From the NCBI RefSeq assembly GCF_004010195.1, contig NC_057710.1, positions 137,336,503-137,400,502 of the forward strand: a stretch of 64,000 bases of DNA, given 5' to 3'. This DNA comes from Chiloscyllium plagiosum (taxonomy: Eukaryota). Positions 1-11,300 of this stretch are shown here, in pieces; the stretch's first letter is position 1, and the number at the start of each line of letters is the position of its first letter. Below the pieces are notes generated by a model. It was not told the origin of the DNA. It searched no databases and saw only the letters and a program-made list of their open reading frames with translations. Both the position numbers and the translations under genes were made by a program.

Positions 1-544
1 TAGCTCATGTCATTTATACACTTCACCGCCCCAGGACAGATAATGTCTCATTATTTTTAATGTACAGCAAACGTTTTTCTAACCAGCACCGATTGGACCA
101 GAAGAAATGCCCTAGTTGATCAAATATTTCAGTTGATCAAAAAGTTCACATAATCAATGTTAAACACACACTAAGTAATTGGTACATAATGCAGGAGGTA
201 GATACAAAACTGACATACTTTATCTACAGCATATATCATTTACATAATAATGCAACTTTGCCTTAAGTAAAACTCACCAGCACAGAACTTTCTCACCTGC
301 ACCCTCAACTGATTACCTGGACATCACGGAGATCATGATCAAACAGTAAACTTGCATTATTTCAGGTTCATAAGGTGCTGGTTAAAACAAAGTTTGCTGT
401 ACTTGCGTAGCAGACAGTCTTGGTCTCCATTTTCTTTACTAGCTAGTCTCTGTTCGTCCTAAACTGTGCTCGAGTAGCTAATATTAAACATTGCAGGGAT
501 CTCCTAACCCTCTCTCAGTTTCCTGTTACTTCATGCCATGTGGG

Positions 545-870
545 TTCAGGACCCACTTCAGGAAGTGAACAAACTATTCAAAATTGAGATCAGTATAGTG
601 CTGAAGGAGTGCCAGTATTGCCATCCGTTGGGTGAGGCATTAAGTTGCTTGTTCAGGTGGATATTAAAAATGGCAAGGCCTTATCTAAAGAAGAAAAAGT
701 TCTTTTGTTATTCAGGTTAATATTTCATGCATCTACCAGCAAAGAAAAATTAGCTTTTCAATTAACTTTTTGTCTATGCATAAAATGGACCATCACATGT
801 CGCTCATGTGGTAATAATGATGATTCTTTAAACTTGTTCACTATACATATAACACTTTGGAATACTCTGA
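545..870 (+). mobile_element. Degenerate Deu-domain SINE (SacSINE1/AmnSINE1-like)
   Basis: B-box-like ggttcaggaccc, then gtgctgaaggagtgc...caggtggatattaaaa...aatatttcatgc, colinear with the copy at 29965 and with the Deu SINE consensus as I recall it. Confidence 0.55.
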
Positions 871-891
871 ATGATCTAGAGAAATACTCGA

Positions 892-1109
892 TTGCCTGTT
901 CTGATATAATACATTGGTTCATTTCCCCTGTGATCCTGTGTTATAAGAAAACCGCGTAAAAGCAGAACCATTTAAATCAATGGGATCAGAATCGCATTAT
1001 TGCCAATACAGGTAAGGAAAGTTCATGCTTCACAAATACTAGTCCAAATTCTTAATCGCATTATAGCCAATTCATATTAAAGAAATGCACATTATAGCAG
1101 ATCTGACTG
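892..1109 (+). mobile_element. Tc1/mariner-pogo(Tigger)-type MITE, copy 1
   Basis: Imperfect terminal inverted repeats (ctgttctgatata ... tatagcagatctgactg) followed by TA; colinear with 34407-34625 (shared aatacaggtaaggaaag, aatcgcattat). Confidence 0.65.
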
Positions 1110-1196
1110 TATGTGATATATTATATATACACAAAGTTCTTTCTTGGAAAAAATTACTTTCAATACAAATTACTTCTCACTTCATACCATGTCTTA

Positions 1197-1525
1197 TCAC
1201 AGAATCCCTACATTGCAGTAAGCAGGCCATTCAGCCCATTGGATCCACACAGACCCTCTGAATGGCATCCTACCCAGACCCACACTCTCTACCCTAACCC
1301 TAAAACGCATTTCCCCATGGCTAATCTACCTAGCCTGCACATCCCTCGACACTATGGGGAATTTAGTATGGTCAATTCACTTAACCTATACACCTTTGGA
1401 CTGTGGGAAGAAACTGGAGTACCCAGAGGAAACCCATGCAGACATGGGGAAACTCCACACGGTCACCCAAGACTGAAATCAAACCCAGGTCCCCAGTGCT
1501 GTGAGGCAGCTACCCACAGAGGCAC
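1197..1525 (-). mobile_element. HE1-type V-SINE
   Basis: Reverse complement gives tRNA-like head, V-domain (tgtggagttt...tctgcatgggtttcctctgggtactcc) and CR1-like tail. Confidence 0.85.
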
Positions 1526-1841
1526 AAAAGTTTGGACATGAAAATAAATATCAGCATTTTACAGAGAAGTACATCAGTTTACACTATAGAAACACAACTT
1601 GGACGTTGGCAACTTGATTTAGGACCTGATAATTTCCATTTATTTCTGAGCTCATGCACTTTGTACCTTCATAAACTGTACTTGGTCACCACCATTTATT
1701 CAATGTAGAAGGTTTTGTTTCCACAAGTCGTGAAGTATGTGGCCTTTGTGGTTATGAAAATTTGTAAATATTAGTCAATGATTTATAGCAATGATTCAGC
1801 ACATGCAACATTTAGACCATCTGTTAAAACATAAAGCACAC

Positions 1842-1937
1842 CTGCTTCATCATCATCATCCTCATCATCTGAAGTTGATGACAAGGGACTCGGTGCTGAA
1901 TTAACTTGATTATTAGCAACATATCCACAGTGCATGC
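1842..1937 (-). CDS. SEC24B: SEC24B internal coding exon (probable exon 4; acidic Ser/Asp segment)
   Basis: Acceptor ttccaccttacag|GC, donor GCAG|gtgtgc; 96 nt, phase 1-1; encodes (G)MHCGYVANNQVNSAPSPLSSTSDDEDDDDEA(G), resembling human SEC24B GVQYGEYVNNQASSAPTPLSSTSDDEEEEEEDEEAG as recalled. Confidence 0.9.
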
Positions 1938-3139
1938 CTGTAAGGTGGAAAGCACAAAACAAGAAAACAAAATTAAGTAGAGCAAAGAATAAGAATCAAT
2001 CACTGCAAATCATTCAATAAAAGTGCAAGACAGATGAGAAAGTTAATAGGATACAAACCACATTACTGAATAACCAACTCAACTCAACAAATAAAAATGC
2101 ATTCAATACAACAACAAAAATTCACCAATGAGTTGGCATGGATAATGTAGGGCATTGAAAAAGTATCGGAAGGGGTTCATAATTACTTTCCAATCGACTG
2201 CACACAAACAAAAACATTTATGGACAAAATGCATGGTGACCCAGAGTGATCTTCATTCGGTATTGGCATCCAATATGTACCGTAGAGTAGGCTTAATTTT
2301 CCACAGGTACAGTCATATGGACCTAGGCTACTCACTGCATTTTTAAGAATTGACCATTTTAGAGTCGGAGTCTTATTTCTGATGGTGGCGAATACTAAGC
2401 AATCTGATAGCAGGTCACAGTTCTTCTCGAGTGACAAATGCTCCAAATTCATTCATTCATCATTTAATCCAAATAAACATTTCTAACCTTATTATGGTTA
2501 GTTTCGTTATGCAGTCTCGCTGACACAAACATTTGAGCTGATACATCTATTTATGGTCATAAAACGTAAAACGTAAAAAACGTAAAATACGTGGTGGTAT
2601 ACAGTAATGACATATCAATTCAGCTAGTGCTGCTTGGAGAGTGAGACATTTTTGGTACACCATGCTAATTGATTCAGGATGTGCTTTTTTCCCCAAGATG
2701 CCCTGGTCTCATAACCTACACTGTCAAGATCTAAGTCCTTTTCTTGAAGCTATTCCGGGATAGCCTTCAGATTCTGCGTACCACAAGGAAATCCTTGACC
2801 TAGTTACCTTGAACTCGCTACACTCAACAGAAAGCTCAAGGAGCATGTATAATAATAGAAATATCCAATAATATGCAATAAAGCACAGGAGTAGATTAGA
2901 ATATCAAGTTCCTACATCCAGGGCATGTAGTATGATAAGATGACCTGAGTACATAGGCTAAGATTATTCTTACTCTGATATTATAGCCTGACACTACTGT
3001 AATAACATCAACTCATTTTCCATTTCAGACAGTCTATAGCTTGTGTCACTGATCCAAACCAACTGATGCAACAAGTACAACACTATCTGGAATGCTTACT
3101 GAACACAAAAATATAGTTCCAAAAAAATCATGTATTTAA

Positions 3140-3245
3140 TCTTAACTCTCTCTCCCCACAGATGCGGTCAGACCTGCTGATAGTTTTTTTCCCTAAATGC
3201 TTTCTGATTTTCTCAGATTTCCAACATTCATGGTATTTTTGCTCC
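3140..3245 (+). mobile_element. Old PLE terminal-repeat fragment
   Basis: ttaactctctctccccacagatgc...cagacctgctga...cagatttcca, same motif order as 30590-30770, 51220-51560 and 56340-56450. Confidence 0.5.
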
Positions 3246-4599
3246 TATAATATAATTTATTATTTGGATTGTTTCTCTTTATACGAAGTGGTTTAAGACT
3301 TTGCCATGGTTTTACTATTCCTGAAGGCCGTCCCCCAGATGGCAACAGGCAATGATGCAAGTTCCAAATTTGCTTAACAAACAGTACAGAATATTCATCT
3401 GGGTCTTAGTGAAGATTACTGACCTAGCCTCTGCTAAAGTGCCTTCATCTCAATCTATAAAAATAATGGAAAATTTCACAAGAGTAAATGGTAATTGTAG
3501 CTACGTTTCACACATCTCCCAGCTTAGAATTCAGATTACAGTGATATTCAGCATGTATGCTACATAACAAAAGCAGGCATTTCTCCAAATGACACCAAAA
3601 ATTGTTAACAATTGCTTCTCAATGAGACGGAGACATAGGCCTTCCACATTCATGGTGAAAATAGATTCCATTCCTGTCACCGTATGAGACATGTAATTCA
3701 TATCCTCCAAATGATCGATGACAGTTGATACAAAGCCACAAACTTGGATCGAGATACATTTACCTCAAACTATATGAATTTCACAATTTGAAACACCTAT
3801 TAGTGTAATGATAAATAGGAGTCAAAGAATATGATCATGTTAACTCCAGGTCTAACTTCATGGAGTGCTATTCCATTCAGACTAACTTCCAAACTCAGAA
3901 TCACAGAATTGATAAGGTGAAGGAGGCCCACTTGTACAAATGGAGTTTGCTGAAGTACAAGAGCTGAACTCAAGTAAAACAGAATGGAGCATATTTTCTG
4001 AACCAGTTACCAAAGATGTAATTTCAGTATTGTATACCTTTTCATCCGATCCAGGTCTTTTTAGAACTGGCATCAACCAATGCCTTTCTATTTGCGCTGA
4101 TTTCAACGGCTCATCACTAACTCAGCATCCTGACAATGTCCAAGACTGTGGCAACAAAACAACTGATGCAACTGGATTTTTCATAGTGTATTTTATTATG
4201 TGCTTCTTTCCCAGTATGCACTGCCAAATTTAAATGGCAGGAGTTAAAACAATCCCAAAAGAATGGAATAGTTGTCAAATCGGATCAACGCAAAAGTTCG
4301 TACGGTATTAAAGACCTATTACCATTCAATCTAGGGATCACTACCTGAGCAGTATGTCAGCCAAACTGACCCACAAAGATGTGATCAATAATGATGCACA
4401 ACCAGTCAGATTTTTGACAATGTTAATGGTAGTATATTTTGTGTTGTCAAACAGCTGTCCCATCCCAGTCAAGCTATATTTGGCATAAATTGAGATTTTT
4501 GAGGAGAAAGTGAGGTCTGCAGATGCTGGAGATCAGAGCCGGAGATGTGTTGCTGGAAAAGCGCAGCAGGTCAGGCAGCATCCAGGGAACAGGAGAATC

Positions 4600-4627
4600 G
4601 ACGTTTCGGGCATAAGCCCTTCTTCAG
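4600..4627 (-). ncRNA. Minimal type I hammerhead ribozyme motif (PLE family A)
   Basis: Minus strand CTGAAGA-A-GGGC-ttat-GCCC-GAAA-CG-TC: intact core, 4-bp stem II, loopless palindromic ACGT stem III; stem I imperfect (attc/gatt). Confidence 0.75.
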
Positions 4628-4778
4628 GAATGAGGAAAGTTTGTCCAGCAGGCTAAGATAAAAGGTAGGGAGGAGGGACTTGGGGGAGGGGCGTCGGAAA
4701 TGTGATAGGTACTACAAACAAACCATTATCTCCCAGACCGTCCATAACCTCATCACCTCGGGGGATCTCCCATCCACC

Positions 4779-5735
4779 NNNNNNNNNNNNNNNNNNNNNN
4801 NNNNNNNNNNNNNNNNNNNNNNNNNNNNNNNNNNNNNNNNNNNNNNNNNNNNNNNNNNNNNNNNNNNNNNNNNNNNNNNNNNNNNNNNNNNNNNNNNNNN
4901 NNNNNNNNNNNNNNNNNNNNNNNNNNNNNNNNNNNNNNNNNNNNNNNNNNNNNNNNNNNNNNNNNNNNNNNNNNNNNNNNNNNNNNNNNNNNNNNNNNNN
5001 NNNNNNNNNNNNNNNNNNNNNNNNNNNNNNNNNNNNNNNNNNNNNNNNNNNNNNNNNNNNNNNNNNNNNNNNNNNNNNNNNNNNNNNNNNNNNNNNNNNN
5101 NNNNNNNNNNNNNNNNNNNNNNNNNNNNNNNNNNNNNNNNNNNNNNNNNNNNNNNNNNNNNNNNNNNNNNNNNNNNNNNNNNNNNNNNNNNNNNNNNNNN
5201 NNNNNNNNNNNNNNNNNNNNNNNNNNNNNNNNNNNNNNNNNNNNNNNNNNNNNNNNNNNNNNNNNNNNNNNNNNNNNNNNNNNNNNNNNNNNNNNNNNNN
5301 NNNNNNNNNNNNNNNNNNNNNNNNNNNNNNNNNNNNNNNNNNNNNNNNNNNNNNNNNNNNNNNNNNNNNNNNNNNNNNNNNNNNNNNNNNNNNNNNNNNN
5401 NNNNNNNNNNNNNNNNNNNNNNNNNNNNNNNNNNNNNNNNNNNNNNNNNNNNNNNNNNNNNNNNNNNNNNNNNNNNNNNNNNNNNNNNNNNNNNNNNNNN
5501 NNNNNNNNNNNNNNNNNNNNNNNNNNNNNNNNNNNNNNNNNNNNNNNNNNNNNNNNNNNNNNNNNNNNNNNNNNNNNNNNNNNNNNNNNNNNNNNNNNNN
5601 NNNNNNNNNNNNNNNNNNNNNNNNNNNNNNNNNNNNNNNNNNNNNNNNNNNNNNNNNNNNNNNNNNNNNNNNNNNNNNNNNNNNNNNNNNNNNNNNNNNN
5701 NNNNNNNNNNNNNNNNNNNNNNNNNNNNNNNNNNN
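4779..5735. other. Assembly gap (957 N)
   Basis: Run of n. Confidence 1.
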
Positions 5736-5736
5736 A

Positions 5737-6139
5737 TAAGGCGTTGGGGTCCGGGGAAGCGAAAATCATGGAGCAGGTGGAGGGCGTGGGTGGTGTCCCG
5801 AACGTAGGTGGGGAGTTCTTGGACTAAGGGGGACAGGACGGTGTCAAGGTATGCGGAGATGAGTTCGGTGGGGCAGGAGCAGGCGGAGACAATGGGTCGG
5901 CCGGGGCAGTCAGGTTTGTGGATTTTGGGCAGGAGGTAGAAGCGGGAGGTGCGGGGTTGTGGGACTATGAGGTTGGAGGCGGTGGATGGGAGATCCCCCG
6001 AGGTGATGAGGTTATGGACGGTCTGGGAGATGATGGTTTGGTGGTGGGGGGTGGGATCATGGTCAAGGGGGCAGTAGGAGGAGGTATCTGCGAGCTGGCG
6101 TTTGGCCTCAGCGGTGTAGAGGTCGGTGCGCCAAACTAC
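5737..6139 (-). pseudogene. PLE reverse transcriptase fragment (open frame up to the gap)
   Basis: VVWRTDLYTAEAKRQL...FYLLPKIHKPDCPGRPIVSACSCPTELISAYLD...TYVRDTTH, typical PLE RT N-terminal motifs. Confidence 0.9.
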
Positions 6140-6639
6140 TGAGATTATCAAATTGAGATTATCAAATTGAGATTATCAATCATGTCTTTCAGCAACTATA
6201 AAGGACAGTGAAGATGGCCGTATTTGAGCACAAAATATTTTTATTCAACACTATAAACACAAACATTTAAAACTCCAATGAAACCAAGGTCAGGACGACT
6301 ATTATTACATTAATAAAAACTGGAAATGGATGTAAGCCTGAAACTGCTTTGTAAGCAATACATTATATCCACTTCAGATAATGCTAAACTTACTGCTGCT
6401 GAACTACCTTCAACTCAATCCACAAAGGTAAAAACAACAAAGAGGAAAATTCCACAAAAGCAATTATTTGTCCAAAAGTAAAGTACAGTTCATTTGGAAG
6501 ACAAAGATATCCCGTTTCAACAATTTTCCTAATGATAAGGTCACATTTTTGCTAATTTGAAATTTTAACTATTTTGACTTTTATACATTATAAAACTAAG
6601 TTCTGATATAAGTTATGAATTGAAAAATATACAAAGACA

Positions 6640-7050
6640 AGTTGTCACAGCGGCCAGTTTAATTCTGCAGCCCGCTGAGTACAGAGGGGTGACATACAGG
6701 TGAGGTTCCCAACTGTACTCAGGAAGGAAAACAGCACATATGGCATTTCATTAAAATTTTATTTCCGGATTTCTGTTTAATTGGTGGTGAAAGGGCACAA
6801 TCGTAAATACAGTGTTTAAGGGATCACTCCCAAGTATGCTTTTTAAAGGAGCTTAGAGCTGGCAACCAAAGCGAAGGAAATGCCATAATGGAGAGGACCA
6901 GAGCAAAGATTACTACACTTCATTTCAGCGATACCTACTTGGATGTGTTGAAGGCTGTGATACTTCCCTACTAACAGGAGAAAGAAGCCTACAGTGGAGA
7001 GCAAGAAAGTCTAAAGATCGTAGCTGCAGCAGCAAAATGGTAAGATGCTA
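6640..7050 (+). mobile_element. Probable PIF/Harbinger relic (start of Myb/SANT-like ORF)
   Basis: atggagagg...catttcagcgatacctacttggatgtgttgaaggctgtg resembles the PRFSDxxLxxLLxAV start of Harbinger Myb/SANT proteins; decayed. Confidence 0.35.
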
Positions 7051-7149
7051 CTCAATTCAATGCTTTAATGACCTAACCTGGTTAGGAATGGTTAGGCATT
7101 GACATATGAATGCATATTCTGCTATGCACATGATCCCACTTGCTCATTC

Positions 7150-7790
7150 TACCTTGACAAGTCTACCATTCACAGGTTACCACTGACCAGAAAACAAATT
7201 GAAGCAGCCATATGAAGAGCGTGGCTAGAAGAGCTGAAGAGAAGCTCGGAATTCTGCAGAGTATGATCTACTTCCTGTCTCCCCAGTGCTACCCTTTACA
7301 ATTCAGGAGTGTGATGGAACAATCTCCAGTTGCCCGAGTGGGTACAGTTCCAACAACATGGAAGGAGCTCAATACCACCCAGGACAAACTTGATTGATAC
7401 CACCTTCAATATTCACTCTCTTCACCACAGTGGCAGCAGGGTCTACCATGTACAAAGATGGACTACAGTAACTCACCAATAACACCTTCCAAACCTGCAC
7501 ACTCTGTCACCGAGAAGGACAAAGGCAATAGATAAATTCGAACACTACCAGTATCTGTAGATTCCATTCCAAGACATACGTCAACCTGACTTGGAACAAA
7601 TCACCATTTCGTCACTGTCAGTAGGTCAAAGACCGGGAACCCTCTTTCTAAAAGTACTGTAGGTGACCCTACATTCAATGGGCAACTCAAGGTGGTAGTT
7701 CCCAACCACCAACTCCAGGGCAGTTAGGATGTGCAATAAATGCTGGCCTAATTGGTGATGCCCACATTCCATGAATAAAATAAACTTCCA
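7150..7790 (+). mobile_element. CR1/L2-group LINE 3' fragment (family with gcaataaatgctggcc tail)
   Basis: Tail gcaataaatgctggcc...gcccacattccatgaataaaa; related pieces at 22485-22535, 39030-39990, 49310-50120 and 61270-61980. Confidence 0.65.
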
Positions 7791-8039
7791 ACAGGGACTT
7801 CTCACACTCATTCAGGTGCATCCACTTTTCTCTTTCTGTGAATGCATTCAGTTGTCTATTCATTTAACTACTTATCTAGGTCTTCAGCTCTTCCTTAGTT
7901 ACCGTCCCCCAACATATCCCTCCCATTGGATGAGCATATCATAACACAATGTGGCATCTGAGTACAAAACACTGGCATTTTACCAATGATCCCCACTGGC
8001 TAGGGTAAAGTGATCCAGCATTCCTTCTTCCAGTGACAG

Positions 8040-8390
8040 TCTAAATGACTATTTAGTAGTCTGTGGTGTAGGAAGGACCACAAACATGTATTGGGATAAA
8101 AGGTTCTTTTTCAGAATGGCAGCTAGTGATAAGTGGTGTCTCGCAGGGTTTGGTGTAGGGGCTGCAGCTGTTCACTTTATATATTAATGATCTGGATGAA
8201 GGGACCGGGGGCTTTCTGGTGAAGTTCATCGATGATACAAAGTTAGGCGGACAGACAGGTAGTTTTGAGGTGGTGGGGAGGCTGCAGAAAGACTTAGACA
8301 GTTTGGGAGAGTGGTCCAAGAAATGGTTGATGAAATTCAATGTGAGCAAATGCGAGGTCTTGCACTTTGGAAAAAAGTAAATCTGATGGT
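8040..8390 (+). mobile_element. CR1 LINE RT fragment
   Basis: Encodes SGVSQGLV*GLQLFTLYINDLDEG...KFIDDTKLGG...FNVSKCEVLHFGK. Confidence 0.85.
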
Positions 8391-8394
8391 GATA

Positions 8395-11300
8395 AGCCAC
8401 ACTAGAATGGGTTGAACAGATAATTTAGCAAACCTGCATAAAAGGCAGTTGCTTTTAGAAGAAATGTGATCACCTGTACACAATGCTCAGCTTCCAGTAT
8501 GACTGTGCACATCTGGTTAAATAATGAAACCTGGAAGAGGCTGCAAGCTGATTAAAAGACCCATCAGCAAACACTGTAGTTCATCACTGGATACGGCCGC
8601 CTCAGAACCCCGTATGTAGTGAACATTCCATGCAAGAACTCAACAACTGCATCTGCAGTGGCAGTACAGAACTATTTTACTTAAATCCATGAGAAACAGC
8701 TGATAGTCATAAAGTAAGACTGTCTATCAAACAGTTTGGTTCCCATTTATTCTCATGGCTTGGTGGGGCAAGTGGTTCTCTTGGTCAGACCAATGGAAAG
8801 CTCAGGTCTCACAGAAAGCTGTCTCTCTGGAGATTGCTGGTCAACACAATAGGCCCTGACCCTTGCCTCTGCACTTGGTTATGTCCAAGTGACCCTGGTG
8901 TAATTTGTCTAGGATGTCACTCCTCTGAGTGAAGGATCAGCCTATCAAATACCAGCAAATAATCAAGAACTGCGAACTCCTATCAATGCTCAAAATAAGT
9001 CATTACACCCAACCTCCAACACAACATTAGTGAACAGCATCACATTCCCAGTCCTCATTGTTTTTGTCAGATTTGATTGAGCTCACTTTGGGTTGCTGGC
9101 TACCATACCACTGTGGTTTGAGTATATGATTCAGGTTTTCACCAATAAATCCCTTATCAGGCTGTCAATTACTCCACGAAGAACCTCTGCTATCACTTGC
9201 AGCTTTCCTTGCATATATTTGGTCTCATAGGCATACTTTGAAAGGCAAACATAAACTTCTATTTGTGGAAGTATCCTTGCTAGTTCTCTCTCATCTACCA
9301 GGGAGACCAGTAGTTTATAGCCCATCTCTGCAAGTACTTTCAAGCCAAGGATGCAATCTGAAAACCTCTCACATGCCCACAAGGCAAAGAGGGCACCCTC
9401 CTCTTTAGTTATCCAACATGACTCTGGGTATGACAATGCCCTGAAGGCTGAATACACCAGTTTCTATACCCAGCTGGAAATTCCAGAATGAGTACTGCTT
9501 TCTAGTGTGATGAAAGTGAATAACATAGTCTGCTTCCATGCTGTACATCTCTATGACTCTATGCTCATCATTTGGAAATTATAATGTTTTATAATTGAGA
9601 CAGATGGGCTTTGGCTTCAGTCTTGTGAAAGTAATTCCTTTCTTAAAGAAAACCGTCAGAACAAAATTTGGAGAAGTGACCTGAATACATCATTTCCAAG
9701 AAAGCAAGTGACTTAGCAAGAGCCTGGCCAGATATCTACAGCTACTGGATAAAACGTTTACTCTGCTGAGTTCATGGCATACAGATTAAAAGAAAGAGTA
9801 GAAGCGACAGCTAGCTTAGTTTGAGTTCACATCAGAGAAATGAAGTTTCGGTTTTATACTAGCAAAAGAATAAAGATTGTACATTTCAGGCGAATTTAAG
9901 CCTAGCAAAAGGACAGATTAGTTCATGCAATCTCCACACTTGGAGTTGCGCAGTGGTTTCCAAGCTGTCGGAACTGAAAAGTGGTCTTAAAATGGTATCA
10001 GGAAAACTGAAAAGCATCAGTTCAGTAACAAATGAAAGAGTTAAGAAAGGAGTGACAGCTTTTTGGCATTAAGTATCGGAAAAGGATATTGGTAGGATAA
10101 AAGGATGGATCTTGTGGTTGTGATTTATATCTGCTCTTTTTTGTATAATAAACACATTTTTGGCAGCTTTGCATGAATATATGCAATGACTAATCACCAC
10201 AATAACCGTTGGTATCCAATTATAAAAATAAAACTTATGATTGATAAAGCCATATTTCTTTCTAGCATCTGACCTGTCCAGTATTACTTTCAACTGGGAT
10301 CGTAACAGAGCCTAAGCTGAAGCATGCAAAGCTTTACATATTTGGAAGGGAATAGACTGTAATGGGCAAGGACATCTGTGGACAGCAGCATGCCCTTGAT
10401 CTTTTGGAAAGCACACTCCTGATGCAAGCCCCAGCACCGCCCTTTGTTTTTGAGTAGCTGTCTCAAAAGGTTCTGTCAGCGTTCCCAAACAGGCAAAAGT
10501 TTTGCCAAATGGTTCACTATTCCTTGAAAGTGATTAAGGAGTGGGAACTCCATAAAAGACTACTTCTTCTTTGGGGACAGTGTTATCTCATCTTAGTCAA
10601 TAATGTGTCTGAGAAAGCAAATAGTTTTCTCTGAGAAATCACATTATTTGTCAAGAGTAAGCCCTGCAGCCTGTGGCTAATTTCACATTCCTGGACTTTC
10701 TGGTCATATTTTTCAATCGTCTTACCATGCATCAATAAGTCATCCATATCACATATAACCCTTTCCATTGAAGAATCACTTCCCAATGGAACGAGAAATG
10801 TAGTAAGCAGTCTTGTTGGACATCTAATGATAGCTCCAGAACAGATGACTGGCATCAAGTTTGTAAAACTTCTACTTTAGACAATTTGGTTAAACTCACA
10901 TTGGCCATAGACATAGAATGGGATTTTCTCAGCCACTGTTTTGTTGAATTTTGTTAAATGGATACATATTTTGATGGACCCATTGGATTTGGATACAGTA
11001 ACCATGCATGAATACCTCTCAGTTAGTTTAGTCACCCAAGAAATGCCCATTTTGGTCAGTTTTCTCAAGTCGTTCCTGAACTTCACTCATTAACAGGGAT
11101 AGAATCTTCCTGTATGCTCAGAGACAATGGGTTAGCACTCGCCTTTAATGTGATGCTGCATTCAGTATTGAGTTTGTTTAATGCCTCACCTATCTCCTCC
11201 AAATGAGGTACTTGTTTTAACGTGGAAAACTCTTCTAAAGGAAATGGATGATCTACTGCGTAGAGTCCTTTACACATATCCACTAGTACCTTTGTTCAGG

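Larger units (their letters stand above)
4503..6139 (-). mobile_element. Penelope-like element (Neptune-type), 5'-truncated and rearranged, spanning a gap
   Basis: Terminal repeat 4503-4708 with hammerhead; RT-coding sequence at 5737-6139 on minus; target aaattgagatt seen at 4487-4497 and again at 6150-6174; GC- and CpG-rich, so young. Confidence 0.85.

Noticed and set aside
63-520. Possible Tigger-like DNA transposon end (ta|cagcaaac...)
   Set aside because: No partner terminus or second copy found in the window
3882-4233. Overlapping 74-aa and 97-aa ORFs in unique sequence as an extra SEC24B exon
   Set aside because: A phase-1 donor exists (GAA|gttagt) but the in-frame acceptor lacks a pyrimidine tract, the better acceptor gives an immediate stop, and I recognise no homology
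4680-5807. Long ORFs of 338-479 aa in the ORF track
   Set aside because: They run through the N gap; only the PLE RT part at 5737-6139 and its 60-bp inverted copy are real coding-derived sequence
9506-9570. Box C (gtgatga) of an intronic snoRNA
   Set aside because: Opposite strand to the host gene, with no suitably placed box D or terminal stem
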